38,762 nucleotides of DNA from Planctomycetota bacterium (GTDB lineage: Bacteria > Planctomycetota > Phycisphaerae > Sedimentisphaerales > Anaerobacaceae). Where the stretch lies: NCBI GenBank assembly GCA_012517265.1, contig JAAYVJ010000109.1, positions 1 through 38,762 on the forward strand, in the 5' to 3' direction. The translations under genes and the position numbers were made by a program. Below the pieces are notes generated by a model. That model was given only the letters and a program-made list of their open reading frames with translations. It did no database searches and was not told the origin of the DNA. Below, in pieces: positions 1 through 8,173 of the stretch. Every line of letters starts with the position of its first letter. Within the stretch, counting starts at the first letter, position 1.

Positions 1-510
1 CAGCAGCTTCTGCGACCGCCCCTCCCCCGCCTGCTGGCAGAACGCCTGCGCCCTGGCGTACTGGCCGGCCTTCACGGAGCAGTCGGCCGCCTTCGCCAGG
101 GCATCGAAGCTGTTGGGATCCAGCTCCACCGCCCGGGCGTAGGCGTCCGCCGCCTGCGGGAGCTTCTTCATATCCTCATAGCTCTGAGCGAGATTGAACT
201 GGTACTCGAACGACCAGGCGTCCAGTTTGACCGCCTGCTTGAACGCGGCCAGAGCCCTTTCGTGGTCCCCCAGCTTGCGGCTGGTCTTGCCCAGTTCGGA
301 ATACGCCAGCACGAACTTGGGGTCGGCCTTGATCACCTCGTTGAGCTTCTCGATCGCGAGCCGGTCCTGGCCCAGTTCCCGAAGCGCCACGGCGTCCAGG
401 TAGAGATTCACCACCGGCTCCCGCCGGGCGCACCCGAACAACAGGCACAACCCCGGCAACAGAGCAGCGAATCCCGCCCAACCGATTCTGCTCCCGATTC
501 CGCCCACCAA
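1..510 (-). CDS. TPR-repeat lipoprotein; 3' end lies outside the window (partial)
   Basis: Absent from the ORF track because it runs off the left edge. The reverse frame ending at nt 1 reads (L)VGGIGSRIGWAGFAALLPGLCLLFGCARREPVVNLYLDAVALRELGQDRLAIEKLNEVIKADPKFVLAYSELGKTSRKLGDHERALAAFKQAVKLDAWSFEYQFNLAQSYEDMKKLPQAADAYARAVELDPNSFDAL... This is a signal peptide with lipobox LLFGC followed by TPR-like 34-aa repeats. An in-frame TGA at 559-561 bounds the 5' side. The TTG (508-510) or GTG (505-507) start is preceded by GAAAGGAAG. Confidence 0.6.
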   Translation of the reverse strand, partial: MVGGIGSRIGWAGFAALLPGLCLLFGCARREPVVNLYLDAVALRELGQDRLAIEKLNEVIKADPKFVLAYSELGKTSRKLGDHERALAAFKQAVKLDAWSFEYQFNLAQSYEDMKKLPQAADAYARAVELDPNSFDALAKAADCSVKAGQYARAQAFCQQAGEGRSQKLL

Positions 511-579
511 CCGGCTTCCTTTCCAGACGCCCAGGCGCCCTCCGCTCCTGACTACGCCTCATCACGAAGGGCGGGAGGG

Positions 580-607
580 ATTATACCAGAACAACGGCCC
601 CAGTCAA
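580..607 (-). promoter_or_regulatory. sigma70-type promoter for the TPR lipoprotein gene
   Basis: The minus strand reads TTGACT (607-602), a 16-nt spacer, then TATAAT (585-580). It lies about 65 nt upstream of the start codon. Confidence 0.45.
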
Positions 608-649
608 AGCGCCCGGCGGCAGTCCGTGAGCCGCCGGCCGTCTAAAGAT

Positions 650-679
650 TTGACAGCAGCCCCCTGCCGCCCATATGAT
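650..679 (+). promoter_or_regulatory. sigma70-type promoter for gpmI
   Basis: TTGACA (650-655), an 18-nt spacer, then TATGAT (674-679). It lies about 100 nt upstream of the gpmI ATG and is divergent from the promoter at 580-607. Confidence 0.5.
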
Positions 680-787
680 AGTCGGCCCGCAGACCATCCA
701 GCGGGCTGTTTCTGCGCTTCGAACCGGTCCCCTCCGACGCGGCGCGTCGCACCGGGGCCTTGTACTTGTTTGAAAGGCTTGTTCTAG

Positions 788-2362
788 ATGACGAAAGAGA
801 AGATCGCCCTGAGAAAGAGGCCGTGCGTTTTGATCATCCGCGACGGCTGGGGGTATAACCCGGACCCGAGTGAAGACCGGTACAACTCGATCAAGCGGGC
901 CAACACCCCGACCGATGACATGCTCATGGCCGAATACCCCCACTGCCTCGTGCACACCTTCGGGGAATGGGTCGGCCTGCCCGACGGCACCATGGGCAAC
1001 AGCGAGGTCGGCCATCAGAACATCGGGGCCGGCCGCATCGTGCCTCAGGAGTCGGTGCGTCTGACCTTCGCCATCCGCGACGGCTCGTTCTTCAAGAACG
1101 AGGAGTTCCTCAAGATGGTCGATTTCGTCAAGACCCACAAGGGCAAGGTGCACTTCATGGGCCTGGCCAGCGACATCGGCGTCCATTCCCTGCTGGGGCA
1201 TCTCTACGGCCTGCTGGAGCTGGCCAAGCGCAACGACCTCAAGGACGTCTTCATCCACGCCTTCACGGACGGCCGCGATTCCCCGCCCGACAGCGGACTG
1301 GGCTACATCACCGACATCGAGAAGAAGGCCGCCGAGATCGGCGTCGGCAAGATCGCAACCGTCGCCGGACGGTTCTATGCGATGGACCGGGACAGCCGCT
1401 GGGATCGCGTGCAGAAAGCCTTCGAGTGCCTGCGGTTTGGCAAGGGGCAGAAGGCCCGCAGCGCGACCGAGGCAATCAAGAGCAGCTACGAGAAAGGCGT
1501 GACGGACGAGTTCATCGAGCCCACGGCCATCGTGAACGAGGAAGGCGAGCCGATCGCGACGATCTCCGACGGCGACGGCGTCGTGTTCTTCAACTTCCGA
1601 GGGGATCGGCCCCGAGAGCTGACCCGCGTGTTCGTCGATCCGGACTTCAAGGAGTTCACCCGGACGGTCCAGCCGAACGTGTACTTCGTCTGCATGACGG
1701 AGTACGACGCCTCGATCCCGGCGCCGGTGGCCTTCCCCAAGCCCGGCAAGATGAAAAACACGCTCGGCGCGTACTGGGGCTCCCTCGGCCTCAAGCAGTT
1801 CCGCTGCGCCGAGACCGAGAAATACGCCCATGTGACGTTCTTCTTCAACGATTACAACGAAAAACCCTTCAAGGGCGAAGATCGGCAGATTGTGCCGTCG
1901 CCGAAGGTTCGGACGTACGATCTCAAGCCCGAGATGAGCGCGTATGAAGTGGCCAACGTCGTGCTCGAACGGCTGGAATCCGACAACTACGACGCCATGG
2001 TCATCAACTTCGCCAATCCCGACATGGTGGGCCACACGGGCGACCTGAACGCCGCGATCAAGGCCGCCGAGACCGTCGACGAATGCGTCGGCAAGATCCT
2101 CGCCAAGATCAAAAGCATGGGCGGAGCGGCCATCGTCACCGCCGATCACGGCAACTTCGAGAAGATGATCGACGGCTCGCCGAACAATCCGCACACGGCA
2201 CACACCGTGGGCGACGTGCCCCTGATCATCTTCGACGACGAGTTCAAGGGCCGCAAGCTCCGCGAAGGCGGCACGCTGGCCGATATCGCGCCGACGATGC
2301 TCGAAGTCATGGGCTTGCCTCAGCCCAAGGAAATGACCGGCAAGAGTCTGCTGCAACTTTAG
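788..2362 (+). CDS. gpmI: 2,3-bisphosphoglycerate-independent phosphoglycerate mutase
   Basis: 524 aa. Hallmark iPGM motifs are present: MGNSEVGHQNIGAGRIV, FTDGRDSPP, NFANPDMVGHTG and TADHGN. Confidence 0.95.
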   Translation: MTKEKIALRKRPCVLIIRDGWGYNPDPSEDRYNSIKRANTPTDDMLMAEYPHCLVHTFGEWVGLPDGTMGNSEVGHQNIGAGRIVPQESVRLTFAIRDGSFFKNEEFLKMVDFVKTHKGKVHFMGLASDIGVHSLLGHLYGLLELAKRNDLKDVFIHAFTDGRDSPPDSGLGYITDIEKKAAEIGVGKIATVAGRFYAMDRDSRWDRVQKAFECLRFGKGQKARSATEAIKSSYEKGVTDEFIEPTAIVNEEGEPIATISDGDGVVFFNFRGDRPRELTRVFVDPDFKEFTRTVQPNVYFVCMTEYDASIPAPVAFPKPGKMKNTLGAYWGSLGLKQFRCAETEKYAHVTFFFNDYNEKPFKGEDRQIVPSPKVRTYDLKPEMSAYEVANVVLERLESDNYDAMVINFANPDMVGHTGDLNAAIKAAETVDECVGKILAKIKSMGGAAIVTADHGNFEKMIDGSPNNPHTAHTVGDVPLIIFDDEFKGRKLREGGTLADIAPTMLEVMGLPQPKEMTGKSLLQL

Positions 2363-2387
2363 AAGGATCGTTTTCCGAGCATTGCGC

Positions 2388-2409
2388 AGGGTGGGCTCTT
2401 GGCCCGCCC
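2388..2409 (+). repeat. REP-like GC-rich hairpin repeat (single copy of the element found at 15435-15508)
   Basis: The 20-mer AGGGTGGGCTCTTGGCCCGC (2388-2407) is identical to the reverse complement of 15489-15508. It can fold locally (GGGTGGGC / loop TCTTG / GCCCGCCC with one G-U pair). It sits 26 nt after the gpmI stop. Confidence 0.55.
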
Positions 2410-2501
2410 GACAGCGTCCAGGCGTTCTCCCGCGTCTGTGGGGGGCAAGCCGTGTAGGGTCGGAGAATGCGCCAACTGCCCTTCGGGGCTGTATCACGTT
2501 T

Positions 2502-4322
2502 ATGAGTCGCATCATCGTCCTCGATCGCAATCTGGTGAACCTGATCGCCGCAGGCGAGGTGATCGAACGCCCGGCCAGCGTCGTCAAGGAACTGGTCGAA
2601 AACAGCATCGACGCCGAGGCCACCTCCATCACCGTGACGATCGAGGACGGCGGCCGAAAGCTCATCGCCGTCAGCGACAACGGCAACGGCATGGACGCCG
2701 ACGACCTCGCGACCGCCTTCGAACCGCATGCGACAAGCAAGGTCAGGGAGGCCGACGACCTGAACCGGATCGCCACGCTCGGGTTTCGCGGAGAGGCGCT
2801 GGCCAGCATCGCGTCGGTGGCGCAGATCCGCGCCGTCAGCCGAACGCCGGACAGCGACCAGGCCCACTGCATCGAGATCGATTGCGGCGAGAAGGGCCCC
2901 GTCGTGCCGTGCAGCGGCGACATCGGCACGACGATCCAGGTCCGCGACCTGTTCTACAAGACCCCGGCCCGCCGCAAATTCCTGCGCACCGCCAACACCG
3001 AGCTGGGCCACATCACCGAGCAGTTCGCGAGGATCGCGTTGCCCCAGAACGGCCTGGACTTGGCGTTGATCCACAACGGCCGAGAGTTGTACCGCCTGTC
3101 GAAGACCGAGAGCCTCAAGCAGCGGGTCGGCCGGCTCTTCCCCATGCTCGCATCCGGGACCGGCGACGACCTGATCGAGACCGAGACCCACGAGAAGGGC
3201 ATCCGCATCAAGGCTCTGCTCGGCCCGCCCGGACTGTCTCGCACGAGCAACCAGTTCCAGTACGCGTTCGTCAACGGCCGCTTCATCCGCGACAAGTTCA
3301 TCTCGCACGCGATCAAGGAGGCCTACCGCGGCCTGCTCGACGCCAACCGCTTCCCGGTGGTGTTCCTGTTCATCGAGATGCCTTTCAGCGAATACGACGT
3401 GAACGTCCATCCGACGAAGATCGAGGTGCGGTTCTACAATTCGAATCTGATTCACTCCCAGGTCCTCGGCGTCCTGCGAGAGCGTCTGCTGGGCACGAAT
3501 CTGAACATCGCGGCCCGGTTGCCCGCCGGCAAATCGACGCCGGGGGACGAGGAGAACGTCGGCCGGGATCTGCGAAAGCAGCAGATCGCCGACGCGATGG
3601 CCGAGTTCTTCCGAAAACAACGACCGGTCCATCAGCAGCAGCAGTTCGACCTGCGCGTCGAGGGCGTTCCCGACCACCGGGAGCCGGCGTACGCGAGAAC
3701 GACGATCGACCGGCCCGCTCCGGCGTCCATACCCTTCCAGGCCCCGCTCCCGGACGTCAAGTATCTCCAGATCCACGACAGCTATATCATCGAGCAGACC
3801 GACGAGGGATTCGTCATCATCGACCAGCACGCTCTGCACGAGCGGATGCTCTACGAACTCATGCGGCGACGGCTGGAACGCGAGAACCTCGAATCCCAGA
3901 GGCTCCTGCTGCCCGAGAGCTTCGAGGTCACCGAAGCGCAGGCCGGGGTCATCGAGAACCACGCCGACATGTTGACGCAACTGGGCGTCGAGCTGACGCC
4001 CTTCGGGCCGCGGACGTACGCGATCCAGACCTTCCCGACGATGCTCTCGAGCGTCTCGCCGCAGGAATTCGTGCACGACCTGCTCGATCTGCTCGTGGAG
4101 CGAGGGGACGGCGTAGCCAAACGCGATCTGTTCGATGACATCCTGAATATGGCCGCCTGCAAGGCGGCGATCAAGGCCGGACAGAAACTCACCGACAGCG
4201 AGATCCGGCAACTGCTCGCAGACCGCGAGCGGTTCGAATCGACGAGCCGGTGTCCCCACGGCCGGCCCACGACAATCCGCTTCTCGATCGGCGAGTTGGA
4301 AAAACAGTTCAAGAGAACGTGA
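2502..4322 (+). CDS. mutL: DNA mismatch repair protein MutL
   Basis: An internal ATG at 2502 gives MSRIIVLDRNLVNLIAAGEVIERPASVVKELVENSIDAEAT (GHKL ATPase N-terminus). The C-terminal endonuclease/dimerisation region contains IIDQHALHERMLYE and ACKAAIKAGQKL. The 40 codons upstream of 2502 in the track ORF cover the REP element and look non-coding. Confidence 0.9.
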   Translation: MSRIIVLDRNLVNLIAAGEVIERPASVVKELVENSIDAEATSITVTIEDGGRKLIAVSDNGNGMDADDLATAFEPHATSKVREADDLNRIATLGFRGEALASIASVAQIRAVSRTPDSDQAHCIEIDCGEKGPVVPCSGDIGTTIQVRDLFYKTPARRKFLRTANTELGHITEQFARIALPQNGLDLALIHNGRELYRLSKTESLKQRVGRLFPMLASGTGDDLIETETHEKGIRIKALLGPPGLSRTSNQFQYAFVNGRFIRDKFISHAIKEAYRGLLDANRFPVVFLFIEMPFSEYDVNVHPTKIEVRFYNSNLIHSQVLGVLRERLLGTNLNIAARLPAGKSTPGDEENVGRDLRKQQIADAMAEFFRKQRPVHQQQQFDLRVEGVPDHREPAYARTTIDRPAPASIPFQAPLPDVKYLQIHDSYIIEQTDEGFVIIDQHALHERMLYELMRRRLERENLESQRLLLPESFEVTEAQAGVIENHADMLTQLGVELTPFGPRTYAIQTFPTMLSSVSPQEFVHDLLDLLVERGDGVAKRDLFDDILNMAACKAAIKAGQKLTDSEIRQLLADRERFESTSRCPHGRPTTIRFSIGELEKQFKRT

Positions 4323-5215
4323 TGCGCAAGTGGTGGCTCCTATCAGCGGCGACGGTGCTCTGGATGGCGTCCGGATACGCCCTCGTGCGATCCGACGCCG
4401 GCCGGGCGTCCGAGGTCCCGCGGCGACAGATCCCGGCCCGGATCGTTTCGATGGCCCCCAACCTGACGGAGATCCTCTTCGCTCTCGGCCTGGAATCTCG
4501 TGTGGTCGGCGTGACGCAGGACAGCGACTATCCCCCCGCCGCCAAGGATAAGCCGCGAGTCGGCACATTCTGGCAGCCCGATATCGAGTCGATCATCGCC
4601 ACCCGGCCCGACTTGGTCGTGACACAGACGTTCGAGCAACACAGAGACCTGGTCAGACGGCTGCAATCCATGGGCTATGAGAGCCTGATGGTCGATGTGG
4701 ACACGGTCGCCGGGCTGTTCGACGGGATTGTCACGATCGGCCGGGCTACCGGCGCGGCGGTGCAAGCCCGGACGCTGTGCCAGACCATGCGGGCGGAGGT
4801 GGATCGGCTCGCCGCCGCGACCGCCGGGCAGCGTCGCGTGAAAGTGCTCTGGGTCGTGCAGAGGGAACCTCTCCGCGTGGCCGGGCGAGCCACCTTCGTC
4901 AATGAGATGATCGAACTGGCCGGAGGCGAGAACGCCATCGGTCCGACCCTGCACGTCTATCCCGCCATCGGCGCCGAGCAGGTGATCGCTGCGGCGCCCG
5001 AGGTCCTCATCGAGCCGGCCATGCTGCCGGAGATGATCGATGAGCAGCGAATCCAGGCCATGTCGTACTGGAGCCGCTTCGCGAACGTCCCGGCCGTCCA
5101 GGCGGGACGAATCCATGTGATCGACGGCGACATCGTCTCCCGGCTGGGGCCCCGCCTGCCTGCCGCGATCCGGACGATCGCCCAGTGTCTTCGGCCGGAC
5201 CTGTTCGGAGGTTGA
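4322..5215 (+). CDS. ABC transporter periplasmic substrate-binding protein, BtuF/FhuD class (cobalamin or iron-chelate type)
   Basis: MRKWWLLSAATVLWMAS signal peptide, then RIVSMAPNLTEILFALGLESRVVGVTQDSDYP...PDIESIIATRPDLVV, typical of class III periplasmic binding proteins. The ATG at 4322 overlaps the mutL TGA by 1 nt (TGATG). Confidence 0.8.
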   Translation: MRKWWLLSAATVLWMASGYALVRSDAGRASEVPRRQIPARIVSMAPNLTEILFALGLESRVVGVTQDSDYPPAAKDKPRVGTFWQPDIESIIATRPDLVVTQTFEQHRDLVRRLQSMGYESLMVDVDTVAGLFDGIVTIGRATGAAVQARTLCQTMRAEVDRLAAATAGQRRVKVLWVVQREPLRVAGRATFVNEMIELAGGENAIGPTLHVYPAIGAEQVIAAAPEVLIEPAMLPEMIDEQRIQAMSYWSRFANVPAVQAGRIHVIDGDIVSRLGPRLPAAIRTIAQCLRPDLFGG

Positions 5216-5218
5216 CTC

Positions 5219-6250
5219 GTGCACCCGCCCCTGACGCCCCAGAAGCTGTTGTTGCGGACGAGCCTCGCCGGAGCACTGCTCGTAGCGATCCTGCTGGGCT
5301 GCTCGCTGGTCGGTCCCCAGGCGATCTCGCTGAAGGCGGCGTTCCACGGACCCCAGATCGGCGGGACGCCCAACCCCGACTACGAGATCCTCGTGCGAGT
5401 CCGCATCCCTCGCGTTCTCCTGGCGGCCATGGTGGGAGCGGCGCTGGCGGCATCGGGCGTCATCTTCCAGGCCCTGTTGCGCAATCCACTGGCCGACCCT
5501 TACATCCTCGGCGTCTCCAGCGGGGCGGGCCTCGGCGCCATGCTCGCCGTGATTGGCGGCCTGAGCTGGACGCTCTGGGGCCGATCCCCCATCGCGCTGT
5601 TCGCGTTCATCGGGGCCCTGGGCACCGTCTGGCTGGTCTGGGGCATCGGCCGGGTCACCGGCAAGTACCAGGTCACCGGCCTGCTCCTGGCCGGCGTCGT
5701 CGTCAACGCCTTCTTCTCGGCGATGATCATGTTCCTGATTTCGATCGCCAGGAGCCAGCAGCTCTATGCGACCATCTTCTGGCTGATGGGCAACATGACG
5801 GAGGAGGACTGGCTTGTCCTCTGGGTCGGCGGCGGCTGCATCCTGGCCGGGATCGTGTCGCTGTTCTTCCTGGGCCCGCAGCTCAACATCCTCAGCGTGG
5901 GCCGGCAGGACGCGCGGAGCATCGGCGTCCCGGTCGAACGGGTCGAGCTGGCCGCCTTCGCCATTTCCGCGTTCATCACCGCCGCGGCGGTCAGTCTCAG
6001 CGGACTCATCGGATTCGTCGGCCTGATCGTGCCCCACGCGGTCAGACTCGTCTTCGGGCCGGATCATCGCCAACTCATTCCCTTGAGCGGTCTGGTCGGC
6101 GCGATGTTCCTGGTCGTGGCCGACACGGTCGCGCGAATGGTGGTGGCACCGGCGCAATTGCCGGTCGGCGTCGTCACGGCCATGATCGGCGGGCCGTTCT
6201 TCCTCCTCCTGCTCGTAGCGCACAGCAAGAAGGTGTACTGGGCGGCATGA
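5219..6250 (+). CDS. FecCD/BtuC-family ABC transporter permease
   Basis: 343 aa and polytopic. Contains NPLADPYILGVSSGAGLGA and GLIGFVGLIVPHAVRL, which are typical FecCD motifs. Confidence 0.9.
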   Translation: MHPPLTPQKLLLRTSLAGALLVAILLGCSLVGPQAISLKAAFHGPQIGGTPNPDYEILVRVRIPRVLLAAMVGAALAASGVIFQALLRNPLADPYILGVSSGAGLGAMLAVIGGLSWTLWGRSPIALFAFIGALGTVWLVWGIGRVTGKYQVTGLLLAGVVVNAFFSAMIMFLISIARSQQLYATIFWLMGNMTEEDWLVLWVGGGCILAGIVSLFFLGPQLNILSVGRQDARSIGVPVERVELAAFAISAFITAAAVSLSGLIGFVGLIVPHAVRLVFGPDHRQLIPLSGLVGAMFLVVADTVARMVVAPAQLPVGVVTAMIGGPFFLLLLVAHSKKVYWAA

Positions 6251-7104
6251 CAGCGGCGATCCAGGTCAATCAGGTGTCCTTCCGTTACAGCCCGCAAAGG
6301 CAGGTCCTCAGCGGCATTGACCTGAGCGTCCGCGCCGGGACCTTTCTGGCAGTGGTTGGGCCGAACGGCGTGGGCAAGAGCACACTCATTCAGGTCATGG
6401 CGGGGATGCTCAAACCCCGGTCCGGCTCGGTGCTCCTGGAGGGCAAGGACCTGCGTTCGTACGGCGTGCGCGAGCTGGCCAGGAAGGTCGCCCTGGTTCG
6501 TCAGGAGTTCGTTCCGGCCTTCGGCTTTTCGGTCTACGAGACGGTCCTGATGGCCAGAACGCCCTGCTACGGGCAATGGGGCTTCGAGAGCCGGGAGGAC
6601 CGCGAGCAGGTCGCCAAGGCCCTCGAACGAACCGACACCGCCAGGTTCGCCTCCCGAGCCCTGGGCAGCCTCAGCGCGGGCGAGCGACAGCGGGTCTTCA
6701 TCGCCAGGGCCCTGGCGCAGAACACGCCCATCCTCCTTCTGGACGAGCCCACGTCCTTCCTCGATCTCAAGCACCAGGTGGCCATTTACGACCTCCTGAA
6801 GTCGATCCAGCAAGAGACAGCCGCGACCATCATCGCGGTGACCCACGACATCAACCTGGCCTCGCAGTACTGTGACGAAGCCTTGCTGCTCTATCCGGTC
6901 GCCGGAGAGGTCGCCCCCTCGGAGCCCGCTCCTCACCCCACCCGTCACCGCGTCGGTCCGACCCGTGAAATCCTGACCCCCGAAGCAATCCAAAGTGCGT
7001 TCGGCGTCGCCATTTTCTCCGGCGTCATCGGCAAGGAACGTTTTGTCGTTCCTCTGGGCTCCCACGCCAAGGACGCCAACATTCCACGGTCGTCAGACGT
7101 ATAA
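6247..7104 (+). CDS. ABC transporter ATP-binding protein (FecE/BtuD type)
   Basis: The ATG at 6247 overlaps the permease stop (ATGA). Walker A GPNGVGKST, signature LSAGERQR, Walker B ILLLDEPTSFLD and an H-loop VTHD are present. The first 354 codons of track ORF 5185-7104 are an out-of-frame shadow of the permease gene. Confidence 0.9.
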   Translation: MTAAIQVNQVSFRYSPQRQVLSGIDLSVRAGTFLAVVGPNGVGKSTLIQVMAGMLKPRSGSVLLEGKDLRSYGVRELARKVALVRQEFVPAFGFSVYETVLMARTPCYGQWGFESREDREQVAKALERTDTARFASRALGSLSAGERQRVFIARALAQNTPILLLDEPTSFLDLKHQVAIYDLLKSIQQETAATIIAVTHDINLASQYCDEALLLYPVAGEVAPSEPAPHPTRHRVGPTREILTPEAIQSAFGVAIFSGVIGKERFVVPLGSHAKDANIPRSSDV

Positions 7105-7241
7105 TAGTCGCGGCCTTCAGAAGAACCGCAAGCCCTTATCGGACGGCGCAGTGATGCCCCGCGCCGACCTTGTGGGTCCGGCGATCGGCGATTGATAAAG
7201 GCTTTTTTCGTGAAATTGGGCTATGAATGAGGACGTCCACA

Positions 7242-7250
7242 TGGTATAAT
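7242..7250 (+). promoter_or_regulatory. extended -10 promoter element (TGgTATAAT) upstream of the dksA-like gene
   Basis: TGGTATAAT lies at 7242-7250 in a locally AT-rich intergenic stretch, about 48 nt upstream of the GTG start at 7298. No good -35 hexamer is present. Confidence 0.4.
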
Positions 7251-7297
7251 ACGGTGTTCGGTTGATGTGATCATACGTAGCTGTACGCATGTGAGAG

Positions 7298-7765
7298 GTG
7301 GATACGGAAGTGGCTGAGAGAAAGAAGAAGACACCGAAGAAAGCCGACGCACAGGAGCAGAATCCGAAATCCCCCCTGAGCGAGAAGGAGATCGCGGCTT
7401 TTAAGGCCATGCTCCTGCAACGACGCCGAGAAATCCATCAGAATGTCCATGTCATCGAGGGGGAGACGCTCAGGAAGTCGAGGCTGGACGCCAGTGGTGA
7501 TTTGTCGAGTATGCCGATCCACATGGCAGACCTCGGGACCGACAATTTCCAGCAGGAGTTCTCGCTGGGGTTGATGGATAGCGAGCGACGGCTTATCGCC
7601 GAGATCGATGATGCCCTTCACCGCATAGAAGCTGGCACTTACGGCATCTGTGAGGGCACGGGCAAGCCGATCGCCAAGGCCAGGCTCGAGGCACAACCCT
7701 GGGCCCGGTATTCGGTCGAGTACGCCAGGCTGATCGAGCAGGGACGCGTCGAGGAGGCGGAATAG
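7298..7765 (+). CDS. DksA/TraR-family regulator lacking the canonical four-Cys zinc finger
   Basis: 155 aa. It has a coiled-coil region and a C-terminal IDDALHRIEAGTYGICEGTGKPIAKARLEAQPWARYSVEYA matching the DksA/TraR layout. Only the first of the four expected Cys positions is Cys; the others are T, S and Y. Confidence 0.8.
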   Translation: MDTEVAERKKKTPKKADAQEQNPKSPLSEKEIAAFKAMLLQRRREIHQNVHVIEGETLRKSRLDASGDLSSMPIHMADLGTDNFQQEFSLGLMDSERRLIAEIDDALHRIEAGTYGICEGTGKPIAKARLEAQPWARYSVEYARLIEQGRVEEAE

Positions 7766-7801
7766 AGAACAGGCGATCTCGAGGTCCAGGATAGGAGCCG
7801 G

Positions 7802-8065
7802 ATGCCAGACCGAGATGGGATGAAGAACGACCAAGGGAACACGATGGGTTTCACTTGCCCCACGTGCAAGCGGCCGGTGAGAGTGTCCCGGCAAGAGGGC
7901 GAGGGCCTGCCCCGGTTCTTTCCTTTCTGCTCCGAGCGATGCAAGCTGGTCGATCTGGGCGCCTGGTTCAACGCCGACTACCGCATCGCGGGCAAGTCCG
8001 GCGGGGACACCGAGGCATCTCTCGACGGCGATCCCCCCGTTGCGTCCGGGAATGACGCCGATTGA
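7802..8065 (+). CDS. yacG: DNA gyrase inhibitor YacG-like zinc-binding protein
   Basis: CPTCKRPV...FFPFCSERCKLVDLGAWF matches the YacG CPxC...PFCSxRCxxxDLGxW signature. AGGAG lies 4 nt upstream of the ATG at 7802. An internal ATG at 7844 is an alternative start. Confidence 0.75.
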   Translation: MPDRDGMKNDQGNTMGFTCPTCKRPVRVSRQEGEGLPRFFPFCSERCKLVDLGAWFNADYRIAGKSGGDTEASLDGDPPVASGNDAD

Positions 8066-8173
8066 GCCGGCCTCCCAGTAGACACTCCGGCCGTCACGCG
8101 GTACCATAGCCATGGTTTGCCTGATTGATCCGTGTTGCAGCGATGCGGTCCGGTGGTCTTGAAAGGAGGCAGC

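Noticed and set aside
581-2929. 782-aa minus-strand ORF
   Set aside because: It is antisense to gpmI and the mutL 5' region, Arg/Ala/Gly-rich and without recognisable motifs. The gpmI assignment on the plus strand is unambiguous.
4200-4330. Possible cobalamin riboswitch upstream of the BtuF-like gene
   Set aside because: The gene start overlaps the mutL stop, so there is no non-coding leader. I saw no B12-box-like sequence in the 3' end of mutL.
2307-4568. 753-aa minus-strand ORF
   Set aside because: It is an antisense shadow of mutL with low-complexity R/G/D/L composition.
4343-6223. 626-aa minus-strand ORF
   Set aside because: It is an antisense shadow of the ABC binding-protein and permease genes, with highly charged R/D/E/G composition and no motifs.
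5185-6246. N-terminal 354 codons of the 639-aa ORF 5185-7104
   Set aside because: This part is an out-of-frame overlap of the FecCD permease gene. The ATPase sequence starts only at the ATG at 6247, which overlaps the permease stop.
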